From Paraspadella gotoi (lineage: Eukaryota; Animalia; Chaetognatha), in contig CM119268.1 of NCBI GenBank assembly GCA_051294375.1, positions 20,254,531 to 20,318,530 of the forward strand: 64,000 nucleotides of DNA. The letters run 5' to 3'. The position numbers and the translations under genes are program-made. The notes under the pieces were generated by a model. It did not search any database, was not told where the DNA came from, and saw only the letters and a list, made by a program, of their open reading frames with translations. Positions 13,794 through 27,200 of this stretch are shown here, one piece after another (position 1 is the stretch's first letter; each line of letters starts with the position of its first letter).

Positions 13794-16700
13794 ATTATGC
13801 AATTGCGACGATCCTTATATTTTTAAGATTTTTTTAACTTGCATCATTTTTTCAACTTGCATCATTTTTTTAAATTGCAACATTTTTCCACATTAATTAA
13901 TTAATTAATTAAAACATTTATTAGTAATCATAAATCATAAAGATTCAGGTAAATGTGACTTATGTTTTTTCCATTTAAACTCATTTCCACGGGCACAATT
14001 CCGTCAAAACTTTATATCTAGCTGATTAATGAATTATTGATTAATTAATTGACTAATTGATTAATTAACTGATTAATTATTTGATTTATTAATACATCCT
14101 GCATATACATTTAATATAAAAGGAAAAAGAAGCATAATCAATTAGTGAAACAGGTTTTTGTTTTTTCCATTTAAACTCATTTCCACTCAAACGATTCCAT
14201 CGAAACTTGATTTCCTGTTCAATCACACACTTTCCTACCCACATATAAAATTCCAGGCCAATCGCCCCATCCACTCATGAGCAATTGGTGTTCAAATAGT
14301 GAATTATATTTTTTTGTTTTTTCCATTTAAACCAATTTCCACTCGCACGATTCCCTCGAAACTTCATATACATTTCAGTCACACACTTCCCTACCCGCAC
14401 ACAAAATTTCATTCCAATCCATCCATGCAATCACGAGTAATTGGTGTTTTTTGCTAAGGTGGGACGGACGGACGGACATCATTTTTTTTGCATAATTTAT
14501 CATAATTCGATGTTCTGACATGATATAAGTTAGTGCCCGACAATATTGAGGGGGCGGACCGACGGACCGACAAAGTGAATTATAGAGTCGGGATCTGCTG
14601 ATAAGCAGATCCGACTAAAAAGGAGAGAAAAGAAAGGGGGAAAGAAAAAGGGGAAGTGAGAAAGAAAAAAAAAGATACAGGAGATAAATAAAGGGGAAGA
14701 AAGAATAAGAGAGAGATTAGGATAGAAAAAAAAAAGAAAAGGAAAATAAGGAAAAAAGCAGGGAAAAAGTGGAGAAGAGAGAGAGAGGGGTAAAAATATG
14801 GTGAGAAGGTGAGAGGAGAATAAGAGAGGACAGGAAAAAATTTTTTTTTTTTAAATTTAAAGATTTCATACCAAAAAATGATAAAAAAATCACATTTGAA
14901 AATTAACCGAATTTAACCGTTAAAATAAATATATTAACGGTTAAGTTGAAATTATTTTTAACCGTTAACAGTTAACGGTTATCGGAACACTAGTTCCTAG
15001 CAATTTTTGCACCAGTAGCGCAGTAAATATTACAAAACCATGGATGATTTCTGAAACTGCAGTGTTTGGGCTATCCAACGCAGCCGGAACAAAGAAAATC
15101 CATAAAGGTTTTGACTAGAAAATACTGAAAAAAGCGGTGTTTCGTCTGATTTCCAATTGAATTTTTTTTATTTTGCGGTATTTACTGTATATTATACAGT
15201 ATATTATACAGTAAACAAAAACTGTATATTATATAGTATATATAGTAATATATATATAGTATTATATATAGTATTATACAGTATATTATACAGTAAACAA
15301 AAACTGTTTAAGTCAAATAAATATACAGCGGTCATGCACTGATTCCGATTCTGTTGGGTTTAGCCTATCTTTCAAGCACATAACAAAAAAAAATAAATTG
15401 ACGTCATAGTCAGAAATAATAGCATTTAATAGTTTTTTTTCTTCAAAATTTATCTTCGTTTTTGTTTCTTACTGTTTTTGCCAAACATGCCCTTTAAACT
15501 TATAAAAATAAAGATTAGCTAATGAAACTACGTCTTAGGTACCTTTCGTTGCCCGAACAAAGAAAATTCATTGATATCATAGTCTCAATATGGAGCCTTT
15601 GAAATACCTCATTTTCTTCCTAATTTACCCTTTATTGATAAAGACCTTGTATTATAATAAAAAATATGCAAAGGTTTTAATTTGCACCTGAAGACCACAA
15701 TTTAAAAATCTGATAATAGTCTTTTAGCCCTATGTCAGTAGTTTTTAAATTAGGGGGAACAAAGTTTGAACTCCTAAATTTTCATATTTAAATCATGATT
15801 TTTTACTTATTTTTTCTTTTCATCAAAATGCTAATTTATTATCCTTAGTAATTAAATAAACGTTTGAGGTATAGAAAATCTTTGTTTACATCAGAAACAA
15901 TTCAATCTTTTCTTTTTCAGAATCTATAAATTTTTATTTTTTTACATACGGCCAAGTATGTTTAATTTCAAAAGTTGTTATACTTTTGACTAAGATTCCG
16001 ATCCAGATTTTAAAAAAATCCTTTAAAACATTTTAAAAAAATTATATGGAAATATAGTTGAGGCTTTAATATGATACCAGTCCCATCGTTCTATCATCTT
16101 TGGTTCAAAAGATATCAAAGATAATAAATTTTTCTATTACCAAATACCAATTAAGTAACTCGGCCGAAGCTAAAAATTTAAGTGGAACCAAAAAGAAAAT
16201 TTAACGAATGCAGATTTGTTTTAAAAATTGGGAGTGAAAAATGACCATTTTTTGTAGATTATTTAATTATTATTGAATCGATTGGTTTGAAATGTTACAT
16301 CAACAATATTGACATCACCATCAGTAAATATAAAAATATTTAAAATAAAATTATAAACGACCAGGTAACTTGCCTATCTAGATGTATATAAAGTTTCGAT
16401 GGAATCGTGCGAGTGGAAATGAGTTAAAATAGAAAAAACCCAAAAAAATCTCTTTCACTTTTTGAACGCCAATTACTCATATGTGGACGGGGCGATTGAC
16501 TTGAAAATTTGTATGTAGGTAGGAAAGTGTGTGATTAAGCTGGAAATCAAGTTTTGATAGAATTGTCTGAGTGGAAATGAGTTTAAATGGAAAAAACAAA
16601 AAACCTGTTTCACTAATTGATTGTGCTTCTTTTTCTTTTTATATGAAATGTATTAATTAATCAAATAATTAATCGGTCAATAATTAATCAATTAATTATT

Positions 16701-17290
16701 CAATCAATTTATTTATCTAGTAATTAATTATTCAATCATTCAATTTATTTATCAATTAATTAATTATTTAATCAATCAATCAATTAAATCATTCGTTATC
16801 GGTATTATTGTGGTCGTCGCTATCATCGTCGTTGTTGTTTTTGTCGTGGTCATTGACGAAAATACCTAAAAACAAACATTTAGAATAAAATTAATAAAAT
16901 GCCTAATTAATTAATTAACTAGAATAAATGATCGTGGGCAGATGCGACATTGTTTGCTCAAAAAAAATTAAAAAATTATTACCCGTTTAACTCTAAACCA
17001 CCCCTAAACCCCCTCTCCTAGCGCAGATTGGCCGAAGTAAAATTATGCCAAATTGGGTAGGCTACGCAATGATAAATATAATTTTATGAATTGATCCAGT
17101 CAATTGCTTAACTTACTCCAGGTCGAAGCCACTCGACGTCAAAACCCAGCTCTTCTTCGTAGTACAATGATCTCTCGACGGCAGGGAAGTAGCGGTCCTC
17201 GAACAAGTCTCCGCTCTCGACCAGCTCGGCCTTGAGGTCCTCGTAGATCTGCCTTTTCTCGAAAGAGACAGCCTCCTCCGGGGTGCACAT
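3834..17290 (-). CDS. Classical calpain (CysPc + CBSW/C2L + penta-EF-hand), ~683 aa, 16 coding exons
   Basis: Exons 17290-17117, 10695-10517, 10437-10297, 10231-10070, 9964-9877, 7521-7473, 7392-7366, 7249-7128, 6515-6392, 6284-6174, 6109-5956, 5735-5576, 4834-4693, 4588-4449, 4304-4109, 3916-3834 sum to 2052 nt in frame. Catalytic motifs [13 protein letters not shown] and RNPWG are intact; SAGGCRNY...FWINPQ marks domain III; EF-hands [13 protein letters not shown] and [12 protein letters not shown]. Confidence 0.95.
6572..6830 (+). mobile_element. Diverged relative of the TATGGCAAC-starting structured repeat, in a calpain intron
   Basis: Begins TATGGCAAC...TGTGATGCCC...GCATCTC like the 34436 element; GC-rich within an AT-rich intron. 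The 3' boundary is uncertain. Confidence 0.4.
7990..9699 (+). mobile_element. Small non-autonomous LTR retroelement (TRIM/LARD-like) in calpain intron 5
   Basis: Direct repeats 7990-8207 and 9506-9699, both TGTGGC...CTACA. PBS-like TGG at 8212, polypurine tract GGGAGAGGGAA at 9493-9503, flanks TTTC/ATTC (near-TSD). The internal 1.3 kb has broken ORFs and no recognisable RT or integrase. Confidence 0.85.
9081..9227 (+). repeat. 21-bp tandem repeat (GCCGCCATCTTGCAGGGCGTY) inside the LTR element
   Basis: Units start at 9081, 9102, 9123, 9144 and 9165, with degenerate units at 9186 and 9207. Confidence 0.9.
11900..12140 (+). mobile_element. tRNA-derived SINE-like repeat
   Basis: Head TATGGTGGACTAAAATCCACC, A-box-like TGGTGCTGGAGG, B-box-like GGTTCTTGCCC, tail GAACGGTTCTGTCATTAAC...ATAATTACTGTCTCTTC. 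Copies at 32885-33096 (-) and 51092-51320 (+); tail only at ~27695-27740. Confidence 0.6.
12223..14618 (-). mobile_element. DINE-1/HINE-like element, family B (with GTCC microsatellite and 17-bp TTGCATCATTTTTTCAA repeats)
   Basis: Sub-terminal repeat GTCGGATCTGC/GCAGATCCGAC, (GTCC)n tract and terminal hairpin GTTTG-CT-CAAAC. Related pieces at 10810-11110, 16380-16960, 29640-30000, 39390-40150, 40680-40900 and 41830-43540. Confidence 0.65.
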
Positions 17291-20200
17291 TGTCTTTTGC
17301 GAGTGCCAAGAGATTCTTCGAAAGTTCCGATTGAAGGCACTGAGAAAGACTAGAATTGTCTTAATAGTTTGCTTCTTCACCGACGAAAGATCGAACCCTA
17401 AAGTTAGGATATAATTTTTTAAAGTCGTGTTCGGACGAACAGAAAAAGAAATTCTCGTTCCGGATTTAAAAAGAGTTGAACGATCGGACGACTTCTTTTC
17501 GCTCGGATAGAAGATCTGGAAGCGTTCGAGAGAGAAATAAGGTTGTGGAGCGAATGTTAAGGAGGGGGAAAGAAAAAATTCAACACAAACGATGATTCTA
17601 TATGTAAAAAGAGTTTAAAACACAAAAAAATTAAGTCTTTACTCCACAAAGGTAGACGTTGCACATTTAGGAGGCCGCTTCTTTTTCACAAAAGCTAGAT
17701 TTTCTTCATTGAAACGGGAAAACCGGTCGTCGAAAAACCGGTCCTCGACGATCGAAGAAAAATAAAATTAATTTTTGTTTAATTAAAGCCGGTTGAACGA
17801 GACAGCGGATCTGGGCGTCGGCTTCGGTCGCGGTGGAAAACAAAATGTCTTCTTGGATTCCAATCAGTGCTGTCTTTTTGACATGCTCGTATAGTTGCTG
17901 ATGGTTGCTCGGGATTTTAAAAATGTTTTCTTTCATGACTTATCAAATTTGGGGAGTTTCTTTTTATATGTAACCGTGTTTAATTTTTTTTATGAATAAT
18001 TTTTTTCGAGTTCGGTCGTTGATTCGAAATTAATCATATCCGTATTGGTTTTTTTTTTTTTTTCAGTACCATCGGTATAAGGTCGTTGTTTCCTCGCTCA
18101 GACAAACGAAACGAAACGAAACGAAAACAAGGTTTTCGTCATTCCTCTCTCTTTTTCTCTCTCTCTTTCCTTACTGTTGAGTTGTCAATACAGGATTTTT
18201 GCGCCGCTCCTTCGGCACAAACCGTGGCCTTTACCCAATCAGGTATCCGAAACTATTCGCAACTCAACCGCGTCACCGAGTCTGAGTCTCAAGACTTTTT
18301 ACGAACTTGAAATAGAAAAAAGAAAATTCAACTTAAAACGGCGACTCGAGTTTCGTCGCAGAGAAAACGTAGAAGGCTGAAAAGATCGACGTTCGACCCC
18401 AAATGACGAAACTGAGTGAATTCTTCTGAATAAAAATAATATCGTCCCTTTTTCAGCTGCTCGATCCTTTTGATGAGATCGTAAATGGGAGGTTTTAAAA
18501 TGATACGATTCTTTTCGAGTTACATTCTAAGTCATTCTGCCTGGAAGTGAGGGCGGGTTCCAACTTGGGATGAGCCGAGTTGAGATTCCTGAGTATGAAG
18601 GAAGAAGGCCAAATCGAGCTGTGAATAGTTTTAACCCTGAGAGGAGGAATGAGAAGTTTCGCTCTCTTTTCCTTAATTGAAAGCTTGCAGGATCCAGCTG
18701 TTATCTTGGGCTGCTTGTGATGCCCATTGGGATGGGGCATCTCACTGTTGGCTTTCGGGGCTTCCGACCCTCAGTGATGCCCCCAGTCACTGGCGCGGTT
18801 ACCCTACGACGGTCTCGCTTCGCCAACGCAGAGGGAAGTCGTTAGGACTGTGGATGGAACACTACGCCTGGGATGGTGTGTTCCCCCTCTGAGCCAATGG
18901 ATTTGGCTGAAGGATGGCGGACGTGAGGCGGTGTGAATATACCGCCACACTGTTATTATCCTCTGTGTGATGGAGGCCTTAAACCACCAAAGCCTGTCCA
19001 AAGTCAGGGACAAGACAGCTTGTTTATTAAATGAATGGATAATTTTTATATTGGTTGTGCCAATTTCATATATATTTATTCATTATATATTTAATTTTAA
19101 AATTTTATATTGATTGTTATATGTTGTGTTGCTAATTTATTCGAAAAAAGATTTTTTATTCCTAATTCGTTGTTCAGGGTAATAAATTATGAAAAAAGAT
19201 GTAATGGTCGAATTTAGTTTAAACGTGACAGTTTGCTGATGAAATTTGTGTAACTTTCTAAGTTGCTGTTGATCGTTGTTGTTGCCGAGTCGTTGTCGTT
19301 GATGGTATACTTGTAAACTAAAAAAGTGCAAAGTATAGATATATTTATAAAAAGATACGCTGCTCTACATATTGTTATTTTTCTATTCTACGAAAAAAAT
19401 TGTGCATATTTTCACTTATTTTTTTAAAATCAAACTCAAGGACATCTGGTAGGGAAGTTGGGCGTTAAGCGTCCGAGATAAAAATTAGTGAATAAAATAG
19501 TTATTTTACTCACTGAATAAAAATACTTACAAAATACATAAAATTGATAAAATTATTAATGCGATGACATTGTTCAATCACATGCAATATATCTAGTATC
19601 TTTTTTTTTATTGAAATCGATAGATATTAACTAAAAATATTAGAATTAATTTTTCTTTTTTATATAATAAGAAAACCAAACTTGCATCGTCGTCAGGTTG
19701 ATAGTAAATATGCGTTTGAGGATTCCAAATCTGTTTTTCAAATTGACCTACGTAGACGCGCATAGACGCGATATGCCTTGAAAGCAAGTTGTTCCGTTAC
19801 TGTTGAAAAAAATCATGTAGCAACCTTAAAAAACATATGATTTAAATATGAAAATTTAGGAGTTCAAACTTTGTTCCCCCTGATTTAAAAACTACTGACA
19901 TAGGGCTAAAAGACTGTATTATCAGATTTTTAAATTGTAGTCATCTTCAGGTGTAAATTAAAACCATTGCATAATGCCCATTAGCTATATTAATATAAAA
20001 AAATTATTAAAAAACAACTACAATCTTTCAATAATATGCTAATGCATGTAGCTGTATGGTTAAATTATTGTTTTCATTTTTTATTATAATACAAGGTCCT
20101 TATCAATAAAGGGGTAAATTATGAAGAAAATGAGGTATTTCAAGGCTCCATATTGAGACTATGATATCAATGAATTTTCTTTGTTCCGGCAACGAAATGT

Positions 20201-20441
20201 ACTAAGACTTTGTAGTTTTCGCTTATTAGCTAATCTTATTTTTTTCTAATTTTAAAGGGCATGTTTGGCAAAAACAGTCAGAAACAAAAATGATGATAAA
20301 TTTTGAGAAAAAATTTGGAATAATTGCTATTATTTCTTACTAATACTATGACGTCAAGTTAATTTTTTTCGTTATGTGCTTGCAAGATAGGCTAAAGCCA
20401 ACAGAATCAGAATCAGTGCATGACCGCTGTATATTTATTTG
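15316..20441. repeat. Long inverted repeat pair (arms ~15316-15800 and ~19835-20441) bracketing calpain exon 1 and its upstream region
   Basis: TA-CAGCGGTCATGCACTGATT at 15323 matches AATCAGTGCATGACCGCTG-TA ending at ~20433; complementarity continues for about 480 bp. Confidence 0.8.
18708..18949 (+). mobile_element. Structured ~255-bp repeat, 5'-truncated copy
   Basis: Near-identical to 34436-34690 from TGTGATGCCCATTGGG to ATACCGCCACA. Confidence 0.85.
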
Positions 20442-21294
20442 AATTAATGAAAAAAAATCAATTCCAGACTACCCTACATCTGGAAACTTTTGTCATATAT
20501 TCTTAATTTATTTATTTATTTTTAATTTCGACTTTTTTAATTGTTTCAATAAAAAAGTTTAATTTGAAAAAAAAAGTTTAAAATTAAATCGAAGTACATT
20601 TTAACGAATAAAAGAGATGTTATTTGGGTTATCTTTGTAAATTTTTCAACACAAAATTATAATGAAATTGTAAGTGACGATTCTATAGTCACTATGCCAA
20701 TTAGTTTCCCCCTGGAAAATTATCTTCTCTGTGTTTATTAGCCATGTCATTCATGTAATGTAATGTATTTATTAGCCATGTCATTCATGTAATGTAATGT
20801 TCCAAAAAAATCTTATAAATGTCACCATGAAATTAAGTAGTTAGAACCTTCAACTGTATGTGTGATACTAATTTTTAAAATCATAATATTGTGATCTCAT
20901 GATAGGCTATGTTGTTTTTGTCAGTTTTTATTTGTAATTATGTCCCACTTCAGACAGGCGCTGCTCTTTTCTTTCCACTCGAATCCCCGTCGATGGCGCT
21001 GCCCTCTCGCGTCTGCCTCGTCAACTCTCGCTGTCGTTCGCGAACATCTGATTCGTCGAGATGACGTCGGCCCCGCGTGACCGACACCACGTGACGCATC
21101 CGTTGGCGAAAGGAGCCAATGACGACGACGACGAAGACGACGACGAATGACAACATCCCCACTCCGCGCTTATCTCGCTCTCCCTCCCTCAGTTCTCTCG
21201 TCTCTCTCTCTCTCTCAAACCCAGCGAGCGCGAAAAACGGGAAAAGTTAAAAAAAATAAAGAAAGCGGGGGAGAGAAGCGAAAGATCTTCTTCG

Positions 21295-24200
21295 ATGGCG
21301 GGATCGACGGAGTCTCGATGGAAGAGGTTCTTCCCCATCAAGACCATCGGCGATGTCCTCAAGCTCTTCCGCCACGAGCTCTCCAAGGAGCAGCCCAACC
21401 TGGCGATGCTCAGCATCGTCGTCGGTTTCGTCGAACACTCTCTCACCGTCAATCGGAACCTCACCGCGCAACAGGTTCCCTCTTAGCTTTCTTTCTTTCT
21501 TTTTTTTTTTTTTTTTTTAGGAATTGCTGGGGGGGAGAGTATGCTCTGGATGTGATCGCCGAGCGTGGGCGGATCGCTGAATGTCGTCTTCTTTTGAATT
21601 TGGCGCGCGCTGGCTTGAATTTTGAAGTTGATCGAGGACCGAAAAAGGCAGAATTTTGAGTGGAGTGAGTCGAAAGATTCAGTGGGTTATAATATTTTTT
21701 TTGCTGCATTTTCATATGTACATAAAGAAAGTTTTTTAGAGGAACATTATCACAGATTGCATTGTATTTATAGTAATATCATTGTATAATTTCTTTCAAT
21801 TGGTTTGAATTTAGACGAGAAGTAAGATAAATAATAATTTTAATATTATTGTTGTAAATAAATTATTATTTATCTTGCTTCTAGTAATATCTTTATAAAT
21901 TAATATAGTTCTAAAATTTTTTTTTCAATTCAAAAAGTGCTATAATATACTGTTTAATGTAGTTTCTTGGTCATGATTATTGCTCGTAAATTGATCGATC
22001 TTTTGAATTAGTTTTTCTATGGGACTACGGACTACTACGTTATTTGAACAATATGTACAATACATTACAATATACAATGTACAATTATATAAACTAATGG
22101 AATTATAAATATTAATCGTTAAAAAACAAAACAAAAGGCCACTTACAATAATTATTTGTTTCGCTCATAGACGGAAAGTCAGGCGGCGCCTCAATCGGGA
22201 TCCCTGGACTCGGACTACTATGTCGTGGAATCGAGCGGCTTCCCTGAACTCGAGTGGTCCATCGCCAAAGTCCTCTACAAAGTCAGTCGGGTTCTTAATA
22301 ACCTAACCAGGGTGGGCATTAAAAAACCCACCCAAAAAAAACCAGCTAAAAAAAACCACTAAAAAGTGGGTTTTTTTGGGTTTTTATCGTCGCAATCGCT
22401 TAGCGTTTGCGACGATATTGTAACGCTTTTGCACATAAGTGGCGTCGTCGTCGGCGTTCCAAATTATAAATCGCCTTTTTTATGATCAAATTTGGGTGTA
22501 TGAAGCAGAAAATTTATATACAGCTTCTCATCATCGATGTGCTTAAAATTGGGTCAGGACAGTTATTAAATATGTTTTGTTTACGTTTTATCAAAACAAA
22601 CAAATGTTCTCTCTTTTATTTTTATGTTTCCTTCTCTATCTCTTTTCTCTTTTAAATATATGTAGCTCTCTGTCTCTTTTCCCCAGTGCTGATTCATCGG
22701 GGAAAAAAACGAATCTGCAGCTGGCTCTGCAGGGGCTCTTTCTTTTTCTCACTTTTTTCCTGCTGCTTCTGCTGCTGCCTTCTGAGTCTGCAGCTGGCTC
22801 TGCAGGGGCTCTCTCTTTTTCTCTCTTTTTAATCGCAAAATAGAATTTTTCTTTCTGTTTATAAATTAATTTTCTTTTCTCAAATTTTTTTTCTCAAGGG
22901 CTGCGTCTGCTGATCAGTTTATTTGACAATGACAATGGCAAAAAAAAACCTTTTTCATTTTTTTTTTCAGAAACTGAAACTTTAATTATCCTCGGTACTT
23001 TATTATTTTTTTTTATTGACAATCGCAAAATATAATTTTTCTTTCTATTCATAAATTAATTTTCTTTTCTCAAATTTTCTTTTTTTTGGTATCAAAATTT
23101 GTCGTCAATCCAGATTTTTCTTATGATATTGCGACGATCCTTATGCTTTTAAGATTTTTTTAAAATTACTTAATTTTTTAATTGACAAAGTTTTTGTTTG
23201 CAACGAATTTTATTTAAATTGAACAGACATGTTTTGACTTGCTTTACAAGCCTTCTTCAGCGCTTGTAAAGCAAGTGGAAACATGTCTGTTCAATTTAAA
23301 TAAAATTTGTTGCAAACAAAAACTTTGTCAACTCTCTAATCACTACTAACAACGAAAAAGAAAGGATTACTTCAATATAAAACATTAAATTGTTGAAGCA
23401 AAAATTTATATCATATAAGATATATCATTTTTACAAAACTTAATATATAATTTAATGATAAAAAACAACCCTAAACCTATGTTTTTCATTTTTACTATCA
23501 GTATCACTTTCGTTGATGGCTTCTGTACCGTTTTCTTTATATTAAGTAATCATGAATCGCAAATTATGTTAAGAGCAACACATTAAAAATTATTGTTATT
23601 CTCTCGTTATTATTTAACACAAGGTTAGGGTTCTTTTAAAGCTATTTATCAGAAAAAATTAAACTTCAATATAATTATATATTTGAATATTTGTCACACG
23701 TTAAAAAATTCTCTGAAAAGGTATCCTTACCAGGAGTAAAGTAACAAGAATGCGGGAAAATAATATATTGATGTCAGGAAAAAATCTTAGCTTAATTAAA
23801 TAAAATATTAAGGTGTTTAATTATGTCAAATATTTTATCCGAATATCAAAATTTCTTCTTAGCCTAAAATACAAGTTAGTTCGGCAAAAAGATATACTAA
23901 AGATGTACTTTGATTTTAATGTATTAGTAATTTATATAAATGTTTATGATGCATATTTAAATCAAATTATTATGAGTATTTAATTACTATATTTTAATAA
24001 AATTAAGTTTATACACTTTTTATTCAGAAAATATAATATTTATATTTATTACATTTCTGTTTACCATAAAACATATTAATTAATTAATACTATTATTAAA
24101 TATAATCAGTATATTTTTATATATTTTTATCAGTAATCACTCGAAGTATAAATACTTTAAATTTGTATCTTAAAAAGAATTAATATGACAGTCTGCTCTC

Positions 24201-27200
24201 TATAATTTAAAAAACCCAATAAAACCCAGTGGGCTGGGTTTTTTGCCAACCCAGGACCTCACGGGCACAAGTGTCATTTTTGGGCAAATTTGTCTTTCTC
24301 ATGTATTTAATGCACTATTTCTAAACCATCCTCTTTGTTCAACGTTTAATCGTAGTCTTCACCCCAAATTTCGCTCCCTCCCTACTCCCCTACCCCCGAC
24401 CACCAGCGTTTTGAGTCTCATGTGATCGGCAGCATCGATCAGTCGTTATGCGTGGGGACGACGGCCTCTGATCGCGCCCTCGTCAAGAAGGTCGCCGACG
24501 TCGTCTGGTTCTCTCTCTCGCGCAGCTACAAAGGCGTCCAGGCTCATCTCCAGTCGCTCTTCTCTTACATAACGGGTAATGGGTTGATCTGAGGGCGGGA
24601 GAGAGTAAGGCTTTAGTAATTTGCTGTAATGTTTCGAATTTGTCAAATGTTTAGAAACATCATCATCATGGATTCCTTTGCTTTTTCTCTGTAATCAATA
24701 AACTTTTTCTGACCTTATTTACAAAAATTACGTAAATACTTCATTTTTTTTACACAAATCTACGCAATCTAATTATAACATAGATGTCTGGGAAATTAAC
24801 CAATAACCATTGAAGCAATGTGGTGTATTCCAAATTCTTCTGTCCTAATCAGACGAGTTAAACGGTTTATAATTTATATAGTACTTAACTTCCCTTTATA
24901 TATATACTAATACCTATTACCTTTCCAAAATCATTTAATAAATTAATCCGCTGTAAAATTTTAGCCAAGTGAATGAGATGCAGCATCTTTTTTTTCTGCC
25001 CTAAAAATTCCCAGGACCTTGCCCTCTTCGTTTTGTTGTGCTTCATGCGCCAATGAATCATGAGCTCCCTCCCGCTTTTTCTCTAACCGAGTTAGAGGTC
25101 ACCGTGACCTTGGGGATCATGATGCCGAAAAATGTGCTTTGCTGCCCTTAGGCGATGATTTTAACACAATTTAGTCATTATGATGTAATACAGAAAATTT
25201 TGTTTGATTTAAAATTCGATTCGTTACTTTTCCTAAAATTATTACTCGATACAGAATATTAGAACGTACATGAGTACTAAATTAACTTAAGTAATTTAAT
25301 TAAATAATCGACCCATATTTCTCTTCGAACCCACGATTACAGTTGCTCTTTTGGATATTGATGCTGCTCTTATATTAGTTATAACCACGCAGTTTTTCTC
25401 ACAAAAAAAATCTGATTTCGGTCACGTGACATCCTAATTGCGCATATCGAGCGTAATCCCGGGCGGCGCGTCGCGAGAAGCCCTGCGCCGTCCGCATCAG
25501 CAGAGACCGTCCCTGCTGCGCCCCCTCCGTATTCCTTGCGTCTTGAATCGGCCCCATTTTTCCACCGGGCGAAATAAGGAGAGGCTTATTTCTTCTTTGT
25601 TATTAATTATGAAAGGTGCCGTGGCTAAGGTTCACGAGGATGATTTTAAAGGCAAATTGAATGATGAAAAAGATAGGGTGTAGAAACCTATGTTGAAGTA
25701 AATGTACAAACGTTCTCAAATATGTTATCTGTTATCTATGTATTATATGGTTTACACAAGACCTGGAATATACTTTCCGTCAAAATTTTTAAGCAAGATA
25801 GATAATTGTCTCACTTTTCCAGGTAAATAATTATCAAAAAGGTATTAGGATTTAGCAGGGGCAAGTATAGCCTGCATTTGATATGCAGGGCTAATATCGA
25901 TCACTTTTTATCATCTGTAATATAAAATTTATTTCTTCATCATATACTTAATCAATATTTAATATTGTTTTTATCGTCGCAATCGCTTTGCGTTTGTGAC
26001 GGTTTTGCACATAAGTGGCGTCATTGTCGGCGTTCCAAATTATAGATCGCCTTTTTTATGCTTAAATTTGGGTGTATGAAGCTGAAAATTTATATACTGC
26101 TTCTCATCATCGATGTGCTTAAAATTGGGTCAGGAAAGTTATTAAATATGTTTTGTTTACGTTTTATCAAAACAAACAAATTTTCTCTTTTATTTTTATA
26201 TTTCTTTCTTTCTCTCTCTCTCTTTTCTCTTTTAATTATATGTCTTTCTTCCTCTCTCTTTTCTTTAGTCACTGATTCATAGGGAAAAAAAACGAGTCTG
26301 CAGCTGGTTCTGCAGGGGCTCTCTCTTTTTGTCTCTTTTCTCCTGCTGCTTCTGCTGCTGCCTTTTGATTTCTTTCTTTCTTTTTTTTTCTCTCTCACAA
26401 TATCGGGTTTTTATTTCGTTTTTTTTTTCTCAGGGGCTGCGTCTGCTGATCAGTTTATTTTTTGACAATGAAAAAGTTTTTTTTTTATCGTCGCAATCGC
26501 TTAGTGTTTGCAACGATATTGTAACTAGGGGTAGCCGCACTCATTGGGGTGAGTCAAAAATTTCGAGTGAGTACATGCTCAAACAAATATTTAGACATTT
26601 TTAAGAAGACTTTCAATGGACAAAAAATTTCTAATATGGCTCTATACCCTAGTAATTAATTTTTTAATATTTATTTATAGATAGGAAAGGCCAAAAATTT
26701 TTTTAAAAATTTTTAAATTTTAAGACCAGATTCAGATAGCTCATAAAAAGTTGTCTACACAAAGAATGATTCTTTTTTAAATATTTTTACGATAAGTGTG
26801 TCAAAAATAAGAAACTATAAAAAATTATCATCGTCATCTTTCGATGATTTTATAAGTTTTATTATATTTTCACTTAGAAAACGTAATAATTTTTAAAATG
26901 CTCTATCAGAATCCATCAAAATATTTTAAGATTTAAAAACAATATTTTTTTGCTCTATATAGTAATATTCTGGTGGTCCTATCACCACATATGGATTCCC
27001 CAAAAAATTTTTTTATCTATATAGTAATATAATATTTTTAATTAGGCGAGTACCGTCAGAAAAAAGCATTTTTAACAAAAAATATTTTAATACCATAGTC
27101 TATGGTCATGATAGATTATTTCAACGCTGTATACATTAGCATTTAAATTTCATCGGCTATGGCTATTGTAACGCTTTTGCGCATAAGTGGCGTTGTCGGC

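Larger units (their letters stand above)
11164..14992. mobile_element. hAT-type MITE carrying nested insertions
   Basis: TIRs TAGAGTTCCGATAACCGTTA / TAACGGTTATCGGAACACTA, with a perfect 8-bp TSD GTTCCTAG at 11156-11163 and 14993-15000. Confidence 0.85.
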
